Shown piece by piece: positions 1 to 9,617 of a DNA stretch of 64,000 nucleotides. The DNA lies in contig CP166615.1 in assembly GCA_041937175.2 (NCBI GenBank), forward strand, positions 3,328,001-3,392,000, written 5' to 3'. Source of the DNA: Limnothrix sp. BL-A-16 (GTDB lineage: Bacteria > Cyanobacteriota > Cyanobacteriia > CACIAM-69d). The position numbers were made by a program, and so were the translations under genes. The notes below the pieces were generated by a model. It had not been told where the DNA came from, did no database searches, and saw only the letters and a program-made list of their open reading frames with translations. How positions within the stretch are numbered: the stretch's first letter is position 1; the number at the start of each line of letters is the position of its first letter.

Positions 1-1038
1 GATTGGCAACCTCCCCAACCCCTAGCCGACTGGGAACGGGGCGTGCCGGAACTGTTGGCGGCTGGGCTGCAACCGGCGGCCGATGCGCCCACCTTGGTCA
101 TTGTGTCTGGGTTGCCGATGCCGCCCTTTCCCGGTTGCTGCCAAATTGGGCTGTTTGTGTGGGAAACCACCCACATTCATCAAAAATTTCAGCAATTGCT
201 CGATCGGTTCGATTACCTGTGGATGCCGTCCCTTTGGCAACGACAGGTGGCGATCGAGTCCGGGCTTGACCCCCATCGCCTGGCCGTTGTGCCGGAAGGG
301 GTTGACCCCCAAGTCTTTCAGCCTCACCCCAACCGCCCCTCAGCTTTGAATCGCGACTTGCGACAGCGGCCTTTCCGGTTCCTCTGTGTGGGCAAATGGG
401 AACGACGCAAGGGCATCGATCTGTTGATTCAAGCCTTTGCCAAGGCCTTTGAACCCCAAGACCCCGTAGAACTGGTGTTGCACGCCCACAACGGCTACAT
501 TCCCCACTTTGACCTCAAGGGGTCGATCGACTATGCCGCAAAGCTGCTGGGGGCCGAGTCCCATCGCATTTTGCCCAGCTATCCGGCCGGGCGATCGGGC
601 CTCGTGCAAGTCCTGCAAAAAGCCGATGCCTTTGTGTTGCCCACCCGGGGCGAGGCTTGGGGATTGCCCATTTTGGAAGCCATGGCCTGTGGACTGCCCT
701 GCATCGTCACGGACTGGAGCGGACTGCGGGCCTATGCCCACCCAGGCAATGCTTATTTGATTCCGGTTAAAAACCTCGTTCCCGTCAATGATCCGCAGTT
801 TTTTGACCCCAATTTAGACTGGGGCCATTGGGCCGAACCGGACTTGGATGCTCTGGTGGCCCTGATGCGACAGGTTTATCACGATCGGGAAGCGGCCCAA
901 CGACGCGGGGCGATCGCCCGGGCCGAAGCCGCCAGCCTCTGGACTTGGGAGCAAGCCGCCCACACGGCCCAACAGCAATTGGCCGCCCTGGGATTCCGCC
1001 CCGATCGCTGGCCCCCTTCGGTATCCGCTGCCGCTTAG
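1..1038 (+). CDS. Glycosyltransferase family 4 (GT-B) protein, 5'-truncated by window edge
   Basis: Frame is open from base 1. Motifs VGKWERRKGIDLL and DAFVLPTRGEAWGLPILEAMACGLP (EX7E). Confidence 0.9.
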   Translation, partial: DWQPPQPLADWERGVPELLAAGLQPAADAPTLVIVSGLPMPPFPGCCQIGLFVWETTHIHQKFQQLLDRFDYLWMPSLWQRQVAIESGLDPHRLAVVPEGVDPQVFQPHPNRPSALNRDLRQRPFRFLCVGKWERRKGIDLLIQAFAKAFEPQDPVELVLHAHNGYIPHFDLKGSIDYAAKLLGAESHRILPSYPAGRSGLVQVLQKADAFVLPTRGEAWGLPILEAMACGLPCIVTDWSGLRAYAHPGNAYLIPVKNLVPVNDPQFFDPNLDWGHWAEPDLDALVALMRQVYHDREAAQRRGAIARAEAASLWTWEQAAHTAQQQLAALGFRPDRWPPSVSAAA

Positions 1039-1561
1039 GTGGCACTTTTGTGCTCTGATTCAGCAGAAAAGCCAAAATTTCTCCAAAACAGCGGAATTTT
1101 GGTCAAAACTAGAAAGAAATCAAAATCTGCCATTTGTGGCTGAAACTCGCGTTCAGGATCAGCGCTATTTTGTCGTGTCTAGGTATCTAACGCTACTCAT
1201 GCGCTACCCGATCGGGGCGGATTTGCCATCAAACCCAGACCAGCTTTCACCAGATTTTCACCCCTGACCGCTATATCTAAACTCGTCGGTTTTCTCACTG
1301 GTGACTCTATTGAGCCATTGTTGAGCCATTGATGAAACCTCTGGCGAAACCATTGGTTAAGCTGCGGTTCATAACTCAGCTTTCGTTAAGACTCCAGCCC
1401 AGTTTTTAACCGAATCTTTAACCAAAGGTACCGCCAAATCTATCGTAGGGTGTGCCTTGCCTCTCGTGGGCAAACCAATCGCTAATTTTCTAGTTCAAAC
1501 CATCGCAGACAAGATTTGCAAGCTCTTTGCTTCCAAAATTGCTCCTCGATCGTCGTAACAA

Positions 1562-1648
1562 TCGTCGCAACAAGGGTCTGAAGCTTCTTACTGCCGGACA
1601 ACTTGCTAACAGCAGTATCAGGGTTTCAGGTGCTTTGACGATCAACCC
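1562..1648 (+). mobile_element. Degenerate partial copy (right half) of MITE family B
   Basis: TCGTCGCAACAAGGGTCTGAAGCTTCTT...CAGGGTTTCAGGTGCTTTGACGATCAACCC followed by TA aligns by eye to the right half of 3424-3566. Confidence 0.6.
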
Positions 1649-1689
1649 TAAACCTCTAAAACACCTAGTCAATATTAATTGTGATTACT

Positions 1690-3357
1690 ATGCAATCCTC
1701 TCCTCTGCAAGTGGCAGACCTATACCCAGTCAGTGACTCGGGACAAAATAAAACCATCCCCCTGATCTATCACCAAAATTTGGTTGCCCTGGCGGATGGT
1801 CAAAATCATATTTTGGAGCTGATCGCCCAAGGCCAACCCTTAGAAACCGTTCTGACAGAATTGGCTTTACTCATTGAAGCCCACACGTCCTGCCAAACTT
1901 TTTGCGCTTTTCTATTACTAGACGCGGAAACCCAGCGATTGCGCCACGGTGCTGCGCCTAGCCTGCCGCCCGACTATAACCAATGCATTGATGGCATCCC
2001 GATCGGGCCGGTGGTGGGATCCTGCGGCACGGCGGCCTATCACAAAGCTTCCGTGATTGTTGAAGATATTGCGACCGATCCGCTGTGGGCTGAATTTCGG
2101 GATTTGGCGATCGGCTTTGGGTTGCGGGCTTGCTGGTCAACGCCCATTTTGTCCTGTGAAGGTCGGGTGTTGGGAACCTTTGCGATGTATAACCCCTTTC
2201 CCCATCGCCCGCATCCCCACGATCGCAAGTTGCTGATTAAGGCAACCTATTTGGCCCGCGTGGCGATCGAACGACACCAAACCGAAAAAGCCCTGCAAGC
2301 GGCGAATGAAGACCTGGAACGACAGGTCACCAAACGCACTCAAGATCTGCAATTGGTTGTGACCCGTTTGCAGCGGGAAATGCAGGAACGGGAGCGCGCC
2401 GAAGAGCAATTGCGCCAACGGACGATCGAACTCGAAGCCACCTTGGATGAGCTAAAAAAAGCTCAACTTTGGATGGTGCAAAGCGAGAAAATGTCTTCTT
2501 TGGGCCAGTTGGTAGCCGGTATGGCCCATGAAATTAATAATCCGGTGAGTTTTATTCATGGCAACTTGAAGCATGTGCAAAGTCACGTGGAGTTGCTGTT
2601 AGGTTGGACAGAAAAACTCCGCGATTGGGCCCAATCTAGTTCTTGCTCCAACCATCCTGAATTGGTGCGGATGATTACTGATTTAGATGAAGAATCGGAT
2701 TTTGAGTTTATTCAGGAAGATTTGCCCAAAATCTTATCTTCTATGAATTTAGGAACCGAGCGAATTCGCCAAATTATTCTTTCCCTTCGCAATTTTTCGC
2801 GAATGGATGAAGCTTGTTATAAACCGGTCAATATTCACGAAGGCATTGACAGCACCTTGGCAATTTTGCAACATCGGATGAAGGCTGCACCCGACCACCC
2901 GGAAATTCAGGTGAAGTGTGATTATGGTGATTTGCCAGAGGTGGAATGCTATGCCAGCAATTTAAATCAGGTCTTTATGAATTTGATTGCCAATGCGATC
3001 GAGGCAATTACTGAAAAATATCAGGCTTGTCCGCTTGGGGCTACAAAAACTAACCCATTAGTTACGGATCAATTTAAGGGTTGCATTGAAATTCAAACGC
3101 GCCTTTTGCAGGGCGATCGGGTACAAATTCAAATTATCGATAATGGGGTGGGGATGCCGGACAGCATCCAATCACAGATTTTTAATCCCTTTTTCACGAC
3201 GAAGCCCGTTGGCAAGGGCACGGGCCTGGGCATGTCCATTAGCTATCAAATTGTGACGGAGCAACACCAGGGCCAGCTTCGGTTTAGCTCTGTGCCAGGC
3301 GAGGGATCAACATTTACGATCGTGATGCCTTTGAAGCAAGAAGGACAACCCACTTAG
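1690..3357 (+). CDS. GAF-domain sensor histidine kinase
   Basis: GAF (GSCGTAAY, ACWSTPI), coiled coil, H-box AHEINNP, N-box NQVFMNLIANA, G-boxes DNGVG/FFTTKPVGKGTGLG. Confidence 0.93.
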   Translation: MQSSPLQVADLYPVSDSGQNKTIPLIYHQNLVALADGQNHILELIAQGQPLETVLTELALLIEAHTSCQTFCAFLLLDAETQRLRHGAAPSLPPDYNQCIDGIPIGPVVGSCGTAAYHKASVIVEDIATDPLWAEFRDLAIGFGLRACWSTPILSCEGRVLGTFAMYNPFPHRPHPHDRKLLIKATYLARVAIERHQTEKALQAANEDLERQVTKRTQDLQLVVTRLQREMQERERAEEQLRQRTIELEATLDELKKAQLWMVQSEKMSSLGQLVAGMAHEINNPVSFIHGNLKHVQSHVELLLGWTEKLRDWAQSSSCSNHPELVRMITDLDEESDFEFIQEDLPKILSSMNLGTERIRQIILSLRNFSRMDEACYKPVNIHEGIDSTLAILQHRMKAAPDHPEIQVKCDYGDLPEVECYASNLNQVFMNLIANAIEAITEKYQACPLGATKTNPLVTDQFKGCIEIQTRLLQGDRVQIQIIDNGVGMPDSIQSQIFNPFFTTKPVGKGTGLGMSISYQIVTEQHQGQLRFSSVPGEGSTFTIVMPLKQEGQPT

Positions 3358-3632
3358 AGGATGTCTGAAAAGCCAAAATTGCTACTCTGTCCGCTTCAGT
3401 GATCGACGTAGACAAGGGGCTTAGGGCCTGTCGTCATTATTTCGAGGTGATGCTGAAACAGTTGATCTTCCATGCCCTAGTCGTCGCAACAAGGGGCTTA
3501 AGCCCCTTGTCCCCCACGATCCGCTAACGGCAGATCTAGGGTTTCGTGCTCAACGACGACAGGCCCTAAGCCCCTTACCCCTACAACTATTGGTGCTTGG
3601 CACGGGCCGAAAGATACTTTCCAAACATCCTC
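3357..3632 (+). mobile_element. MITE family A (131 bp) interrupted by a nested family-B MITE
   Basis: TIRs GAGGATGTCTGAAAAG / CTTTCCAAACATCCTC, TTA on both sides (3354-3356, 3633-3635). Removing the insert and its TA duplication gives 131 bp, the same as 57999-58129. Confidence 0.88.
3424..3566 (+). mobile_element. MITE family B (143 bp) nested in the family A palindrome
   Basis: Perfect 12-bp TIR GGGCCTGTCGTC / GACGACAGGCCC, flanked by duplicated TA from the host palindrome centre. Carries its own ACAAGGGGCTTAAGCCCCTTGT. Confidence 0.88.
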
Positions 3633-3733
3633 TTAGTCATGGGGTTTGTTCGGGTCGCCAAGGCAGAGCACAGATCTTAGGTTTACAATAGGAGCCTCAC
3701 CCAAGATAGACTCGTTACCCAGTCCATTACGCT

Positions 3734-4162
3734 ATGCCCGAGCCAGCCTCTTCATTAATCGCTTTCATTCAGCGGTGGCAAGCATCAAGCGGCAATGAAC
3801 GGGGCAACTATCAGCTTTTTTTGAGCGAGTGGTGCGATCTGTTGGGGGTGGCGCGGCCCAATCCGAAGGGGGCGATCGCGGGGGATCCCTATTGTTTCGA
3901 TCGGGATGTGACGATCTATCACCCCAGCGGCAAAAAGAGCGCGGGATTTATTAATCTCTACAAAGAAAATTGCTTCATTTTGGAAGCGAAACAGGGCGGC
4001 GTGAGCGGCGGCAAAGTGGGCACGGCTAAGCGCGGCACGGAAACCTATCGCAAGGCAATGCGGGGAGCCTTTAACCAGGCCGTTTCCTATGCACGAACGT
4101 TCAAAAATCGCCCGCCGTTTCTGATCACTTGCAACATTGGCGAGGGCCGCCAAATATTTTAA
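3734..4162 (+). pseudogene. N-terminal fragment of an MmeI-like type IIL restriction-modification enzyme
   Basis: FIQRWQASSGNERGNYQLFLSEWCDLLGV...INLYKENCFILEAKQG...PPFLITC resembles the MmeI N-terminal nuclease region. Only 142 aa, and the expected catalytic Asp (IDLY) reads Asn. Confidence 0.8.
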
Positions 4163-4198
4163 GTAACTTATTCAATTATCTTGGGAACTTACTGAAAA

Positions 4199-4861
4199 AT
4201 GCTGACCCTAACTTTAGATGCCTTGAAGCTAGAAGCAAAGAACTTCGCAATTTTAGAAAGCCAACATTCTGATCAAGATTTGTATGGAGTTGATAATGGA
4301 AAGTCAGTAGGAACCTATATCGAGCACAAGTTTCAAGATTATCTAAAAAATAAAAGCTATAAATTCAACACAGGCAACTCTGCTCTCGGCATTGATTTAC
4401 CGGAGCTTGAGGTTGACATCAAGGTGACTAGCATTCGCCAACCCCAGTCATCCTGTCCTTTCAGATCAGCACGACAAAAAGTTTATGGGCTTGGCTATAG
4501 TATATTACTCTTTGTTTATCAAAAGTACGATGATCACCAGCTTCAGTCCAGCACTTTAAAGATTCATAGATCTCTCTTTATCAATTCAGAATATACGGCA
4601 GATTATCAATTGACTCGATCTCTGCGTTCTATTCTTGACAATGATGGCAATGTAGATGACATAATGGCTCATTTAATAGATCGACATTTGCCAGTAGATG
4701 AAATTGGAGCTTTATTACTTGCAGAAGAAATTTATCGAAATCCACCCAAACAAGGATTTTTGACTATTTCTAATGCGCTTCAATGGAGATTGCAATATGC
4801 TAGAGCTATTCAAATAGCAGAAGAGGAAACTGGATTAGAATGTCTGTACAAAAATGATTAA
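4199..4861 (+). CDS. Type II restriction endonuclease, NspV-like family
   Basis: 220 aa. LYGVDNGKSVGTYIEHKF, GIDLPELEVDIKVTSIRQPQSSCPF (D...DxK) and GFLTISNALQWRLQY match the R.NspV family as recalled. Adjacent to an MTase. Confidence 0.8.
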   Translation: MLTLTLDALKLEAKNFAILESQHSDQDLYGVDNGKSVGTYIEHKFQDYLKNKSYKFNTGNSALGIDLPELEVDIKVTSIRQPQSSCPFRSARQKVYGLGYSILLFVYQKYDDHQLQSSTLKIHRSLFINSEYTADYQLTRSLRSILDNDGNVDDIMAHLIDRHLPVDEIGALLLAEEIYRNPPKQGFLTISNALQWRLQYARAIQIAEEETGLECLYKND

Positions 4862-4891
4862 CTTCTCACTTAAAAACAGTAAAATCTTTTT

Positions 4892-6043
4892 ATGAAAAGC
4901 TGGAAAACTGTCGAACTTTTTTGTGGCATCGGAGGCTTTCGGATCGCTGCTGATGCGCTGAACATTGAAACAGTGTGGGCAAACGATATAAGCGACCTAG
5001 CCAAGAGTGTTTACATTGCCAACTTTGGAAAAGAACATTTTCATTACGGTGATATTCAAAATCTTATTCAGACCATTCCTCAGCATGATATTTTGACTGC
5101 TGGATTTCCATGTCAGCCATTTTCAAGTGCAGGAAAAAAAAAGGGAACCAGTGAACCTCGAGGAACACTATTTTCTGAAATCGTTAAAATTCTAAAGCTT
5201 AACAATCCAAGGTTTTTTGTATTGGAGAATGTCAAGCGATTGCTTTCAATGGATTCTGGAAAGCACTTTGCTACGATTCTCAGCGCACTAACCGAATGTG
5301 GATATTGTGTGGAATGGCGGGTTGTCAATGCACGCTGGTTTGGACTGCCACAACATCGTGAGCGTATAGTTATCATTGGATGGAAAGATCCAGTACTTCG
5401 GTCGTATTTTTACCACAACAGGGACAAAATTCAAGAAGAATCCATAGGATCAGTCAAAATTCGACAATCATTAATTCATAGGATTGCTGAACATCATTGG
5501 AAGTTTAGCTCTTGGGGATTGGCTTGGGAGGAATGGGCAATTGATCAAGAGCTAGACGATCCACTATGTTCGATCTTCTCCAATGCCAAATTGCATGATG
5601 TCTTGGAAAAAGATCCACTACCTGAATTTTTTTTCACAGAAGATACCTTGAAGAGAATTGAAGATAGTGATCCCGTCAATCGCTATTTCAATGGGGTTGA
5701 AATTTTGTATAACCAAAGGGGTGGCGCTCGCATGGGCTATTCAATTTTTGGAGTTAATGGTGTTGCTCCAACATTGACTAGTACAACAAGCCGCCATTAT
5801 GAAAGGTATAGAGTTGGCAATGAATATCGCCGCTTAACGAATATTGAGTATGCACGCTTGCAAGGATTTCCTGATCATCATTGTGATGCTGTTTCTCCGT
5901 ACCACCAATATGCTTTGTTCGGAAATGCTGTTCCACCTTGTCTAGTTCAGTGGGTCATGAGTCAGTTGATTAATAATTGCTATTTTCCCATTGAAATTAC
6001 TCAGGAATCTTTAGGAAAACAGATGGAATTATCCTTCTTCTAA
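4892..6043 (+). CDS. DNA (cytosine-5)-methyltransferase
   Basis: Motif I ELFCGIGG, IV GFPCQPFS, VI ENV, VIII PQHRERI, IX/X ARLQGFPD...GNAV. Confidence 0.95.
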   Translation: MKSWKTVELFCGIGGFRIAADALNIETVWANDISDLAKSVYIANFGKEHFHYGDIQNLIQTIPQHDILTAGFPCQPFSSAGKKKGTSEPRGTLFSEIVKILKLNNPRFFVLENVKRLLSMDSGKHFATILSALTECGYCVEWRVVNARWFGLPQHRERIVIIGWKDPVLRSYFYHNRDKIQEESIGSVKIRQSLIHRIAEHHWKFSSWGLAWEEWAIDQELDDPLCSIFSNAKLHDVLEKDPLPEFFFTEDTLKRIEDSDPVNRYFNGVEILYNQRGGARMGYSIFGVNGVAPTLTSTTSRHYERYRVGNEYRRLTNIEYARLQGFPDHHCDAVSPYHQYALFGNAVPPCLVQWVMSQLINNCYFPIEITQESLGKQMELSFF

Positions 6044-6048
6044 GGATG

Positions 6049-6099
6049 GAACTGAACGCCGATCGCGCCGAAGAAGAACACAACGATCACGTTCGCTGT
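6049..6099 (+). pseudogene. C-terminal remnant of the MmeI-like type IIL gene
   Basis: Translates to ELNADRAEEEHNDHVRC, resembling the recalled C-terminal LNAERAEEERNGxxRW motif of this family. GC content returns to host level here. Confidence 0.6.
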
Positions 6100-6134
6100 G
6101 ACTCAAGATCCTTCGCGCTGCGCGATCGACCATC

Positions 6135-8636
6135 CTAGGAGCGGGCCAACAGATTCAACGGGCGATCGCTCTCTTGCAAGTTAGATTCCAAATCCGCAAT
6201 CAGGCGAGGATCGTGCTGCTCCAGCAGTTGGGTGGCGGCGCTGGCCTGGAGCGGCTGGGCCAGCCAATAGCCCTGAATGTAGGTGCAACCCAGATTCGCC
6301 AGCCAGACCAGTTGTTCGGCGGTTTCCACCCCCTCCGCGATCGTGTCCATGCCCAACTGTTCCGCCAGGGTGATGATGGCGCGGACGATCGCTTGGGTGT
6401 TGTCGCGCCCACCCAGTTGGGAAATGAAGGATTGATCGATTTTGAGCACGTCCAACGGGAACCGATGCAGATAGCTGAGGGAGGAGTAGCCCGTGCCGAA
6501 GTCATCGAGACAAAGGACGATCTGGCGCGATCGCAGCTCATACATGGTGGCCGCTGCCAGATCGGAATTGTCGGCGATGGTGGTTTCCGTTAGCTCCAAC
6601 TTCAAGGTTCCGGGATTGATGCCGGTGCGGGTCAAGACCTGATCAATTTGCTCCATCAGATCAAGGCGGGAAAATTGCTTGGCAGAAAGATTGACGGCCA
6701 TTTGCAAATGGCCCAATTCTGGGAAAAGCTGTTGCCACTCCCGAAGCTGATAGCAGGCGCGATAGAGCGTCCACAGGCCAAGGGTGATGATCAGGCCCGT
6801 TTCTTCGGCGATCGCAATGAACCGATCGGGAGCAATGGGCCCCAACTCCGGGTGATGCCAACGCAACAGGGCTTCAAAACACTGAATTTCGCCCGTGCGG
6901 GCCTCGGCGATCGGTTGATAGCGCAAGCTAAAGGGCATGGGCACTTCGGGGTGACCAGCCCGATCGATGCCCATGTCTTCAATTTGGGCGATCGCCCGGC
7001 GCAGGTCATGCTCTAGGCGCAGGGTGGTGAGCACCTGTTGGTGAACGGCCCGATCGAACACCTCATGGCGCGATCGCATGGCCTTGGCCCGGCGCATGAA
7101 AATATCCGCATCCCGCAACAGCAGCTCTGCGCAGTCATATTCTCGAGATCCCAGAGCAATGCCAATGCTGACGCTGGTGAAAATCTCCTGGCTGCCCAAG
7201 GTCACCGGTCGCGCCAAGGAACGATGGATCGATTCGGCCACCTGTTCCGCTTGGGCCCGGGTGGTCACATCTTGCAGCAAAATCGCAAATTCATCGCCAT
7301 CCAACCGGGCGATCGAATCGGTGGGCCGCAAACAGCGCCGCAATCGGTGGGCGATCGCCACCAAGAGTTCATCCCCCGCTTGATGGCCCAGGCTGTCGTT
7401 AATTACCTTGAAGCGATCGATATCCACAAACAGGATCGCAAAGCCCCCCTGTTCGGTCACTTGCATCACGCGAATGGTTTTGGCCAACTCTTCCATCAAA
7501 AAGGTGCGGTTGGGCAACCCGGTGAGTCGATCGTGCAGGGCGTTGTAGCGCAATTGCGATTCGGCCCGCTCCCGCTCCTGAATTTCCTGTTGCAGTTGTT
7601 GCACCGCCGCCCGCAACTTCAGGGTGCGCTGTTCCACCAGGCTTTCAATTTGCATGTTGAAGCTGGCCAGCTTCACATCGCTTTGGTGGCGCAAGATGGT
7701 GCAGCCAATGCCCGCAGCCGCCAACCGCAGCAAGTTGCATTCCGCATCCGTCCAGAGCCGATCGGTTCGGCAGCGATCGAACCCCAAGAACCCCCAAAAT
7801 TCCCCTTGCAAAATCATGGGCAGCATCAAAACCCCATGAACCGTCTGCCCATGCCAAAAGCTGCGATAGGCATAGTTGGCGGGCAAATCTTGCAGCCGGA
7901 AATTCAACACCCGATCGGTGCTGAGGTATTCGTGCCAACTGGGGTCTAAATCTTTGTAGGCAATGTTTTGCAGCTCCAAATGCTCCATCTGCAACGTCAG
8001 CCCAGCGCGCGTCCATTCCCAACGCTGGCTAGTGAGCAGCTCGCCCGTCACGGGGTGGGGATGGTTCCGAAACACATAGGCCCGATCGGCCTGGGTCATG
8101 CTGCCCAACACTTGCAGGGTTTGGGTAATGGCTCGATCGCCATCGGGCAACAACATCAAACAGCGCATGGCTTCCCCCACCGCCAGCGCCGTCGCATCCC
8201 GCTGCTCCAAGTCCTGTTCCGCCAGGCGCAAGGCCTTGGCCAAGGTGGGTTCCAACCGTTCGTCTAGCCCCTCAATCAGCAGCAGGGGTTCCCCGTGATC
8301 CGGCAACGTCAACCGCGAACAAAGACAGGGCAGCGACACCAGCTCCCCTTGGCGATAAAACGTCCAATGTTCGGTCCAGGTCTGCCGCTTGCTGAGGGCT
8401 TGCTGAATTCGCTCTAGGCGCATCCGCACTTGCTCATGGCGGCCATGCTGGGCATGTTTCACCCAGGCCCGCAGGCTCGATCGGCTCCAAAGTTCGCTCC
8501 CCGATCGATTGGCCCAGTGGAGCCGCATAGCGGACAGATCAATCACCCAAATGGGCGAAGTCAGTTGATCCAGTAGTTGCAGGGGTGGCGGAGTCAAGAT
8601 TGAACTAGTGCGAAGGGGATTAAACGCTTCCGTCAT
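6135..8636 (-). CDS. PAS-like/GAF-GGDEF-EAL c-di-GMP signalling protein
   Basis: GAF (FWGFLGFD), HDRLTGLPNR, variant RLDGDEF, FEALLRW, DDFGTGYSSL, AEGVET. Confidence 0.93.
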   Translation of the reverse strand: MTEAFNPLRTSSILTPPPLQLLDQLTSPIWVIDLSAMRLHWANRSGSELWSRSSLRAWVKHAQHGRHEQVRMRLERIQQALSKRQTWTEHWTFYRQGELVSLPCLCSRLTLPDHGEPLLLIEGLDERLEPTLAKALRLAEQDLEQRDATALAVGEAMRCLMLLPDGDRAITQTLQVLGSMTQADRAYVFRNHPHPVTGELLTSQRWEWTRAGLTLQMEHLELQNIAYKDLDPSWHEYLSTDRVLNFRLQDLPANYAYRSFWHGQTVHGVLMLPMILQGEFWGFLGFDRCRTDRLWTDAECNLLRLAAAGIGCTILRHQSDVKLASFNMQIESLVEQRTLKLRAAVQQLQQEIQERERAESQLRYNALHDRLTGLPNRTFLMEELAKTIRVMQVTEQGGFAILFVDIDRFKVINDSLGHQAGDELLVAIAHRLRRCLRPTDSIARLDGDEFAILLQDVTTRAQAEQVAESIHRSLARPVTLGSQEIFTSVSIGIALGSREYDCAELLLRDADIFMRRAKAMRSRHEVFDRAVHQQVLTTLRLEHDLRRAIAQIEDMGIDRAGHPEVPMPFSLRYQPIAEARTGEIQCFEALLRWHHPELGPIAPDRFIAIAEETGLIITLGLWTLYRACYQLREWQQLFPELGHLQMAVNLSAKQFSRLDLMEQIDQVLTRTGINPGTLKLELTETTIADNSDLAAATMYELRSRQIVLCLDDFGTGYSSLSYLHRFPLDVLKIDQSFISQLGGRDNTQAIVRAIITLAEQLGMDTIAEGVETAEQLVWLANLGCTYIQGYWLAQPLQASAATQLLEQHDPRLIADLESNLQESDRPLNLLARS

Positions 8637-9617
8637 GGATCCGCAAAGATAGTGAGCTAGGAGACGTAGACCAACCTAGAGACCCTGATCACCTTCAAGA
8701 CCGGTAGCGGGGCGATTGAGTCTAATCCCTATCCCCACACCAAACAGCAGGCTATCCGCCCTTTGTGGGTGGGCCGCAGATCCAGATTCCACAGCCAATT
8801 TTGGGTCAGGGGGTTTAGACCTGTCCAAATCCTAGCCAACCGATTCGACAAAGTACGGAAAAGTACGGAGATAACCCAAAAAATCTTGGGAAAACTGCCG
8901 AAATCAACAGCGATCAACCGCAAGGGCGCGTCCGAAACTTCACGGAGCGAGGCATTCCGATGGGATCCAAAGGAAATAGATACACCTTCAGCAAGAGTAG
9001 ATGGGCAACCGTAGAACAGGTTCGCGTTGCTGGCGACGGCTTCAGCCTTGGCGCAATGCTGTTTTATCTTTAGCCGATCGATCTGCCATTTGTCGATTGC
9101 TTTTGAGGATGAACGGGGGTTCCCCTCTATCCTGTCAAGGGAGTTTATACCGCTGTGTGATCGGCTGCCAAATTTCTTGTGATCTTTTTGAGCATGGGGG
9201 TTGATCTGAGGTAGGCCAATGCCTGAGCAGAAGCCAAAACTGTCTCCTTGGTCGGTTATGGCGATCGATTCCCTCGCCTACCCCGATCGATGCTAATTCG
9301 GTATTGATTGGGTGCGCTGGATTTGGCGAAAATTTTCAGGATTGCGGCAACAGAATTCGTCAGAATTGAGGGGAACGATTCTGAGATCGCGTTGAAATCT
9401 TGGAGAAACCGGATCGCGATCGCGCCAGGTTCAGTCCAAAAAATCAGCCACCCACCGTTAGCCCCCCAAAAGCGAGCCGCCAGTCAAGCCCAACGCTTAA
9501 CTCAAAACTCAGCCCAATCTTCAATCTCCAATTGGCCTCCCAATAAAGCCCCGAATTGAACTCAGCAATCAACTGGGTCATTAACCCAGCAATCGCACTG
9601 ATCAACCAACCTCACGA

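Noticed and set aside
1445..1472. GTAGGGTGTGCCTTGCC REP-like remnant
   Set aside because: The palindrome is too degraded to support a call.
8637..9617. Possible c-di-GMP riboswitch upstream of the GGDEF-EAL gene
   Set aside because: I could not find the GGCAAAC...GAAA...GACGCAAAG arrangement on the minus strand. An Infernal search would settle it.
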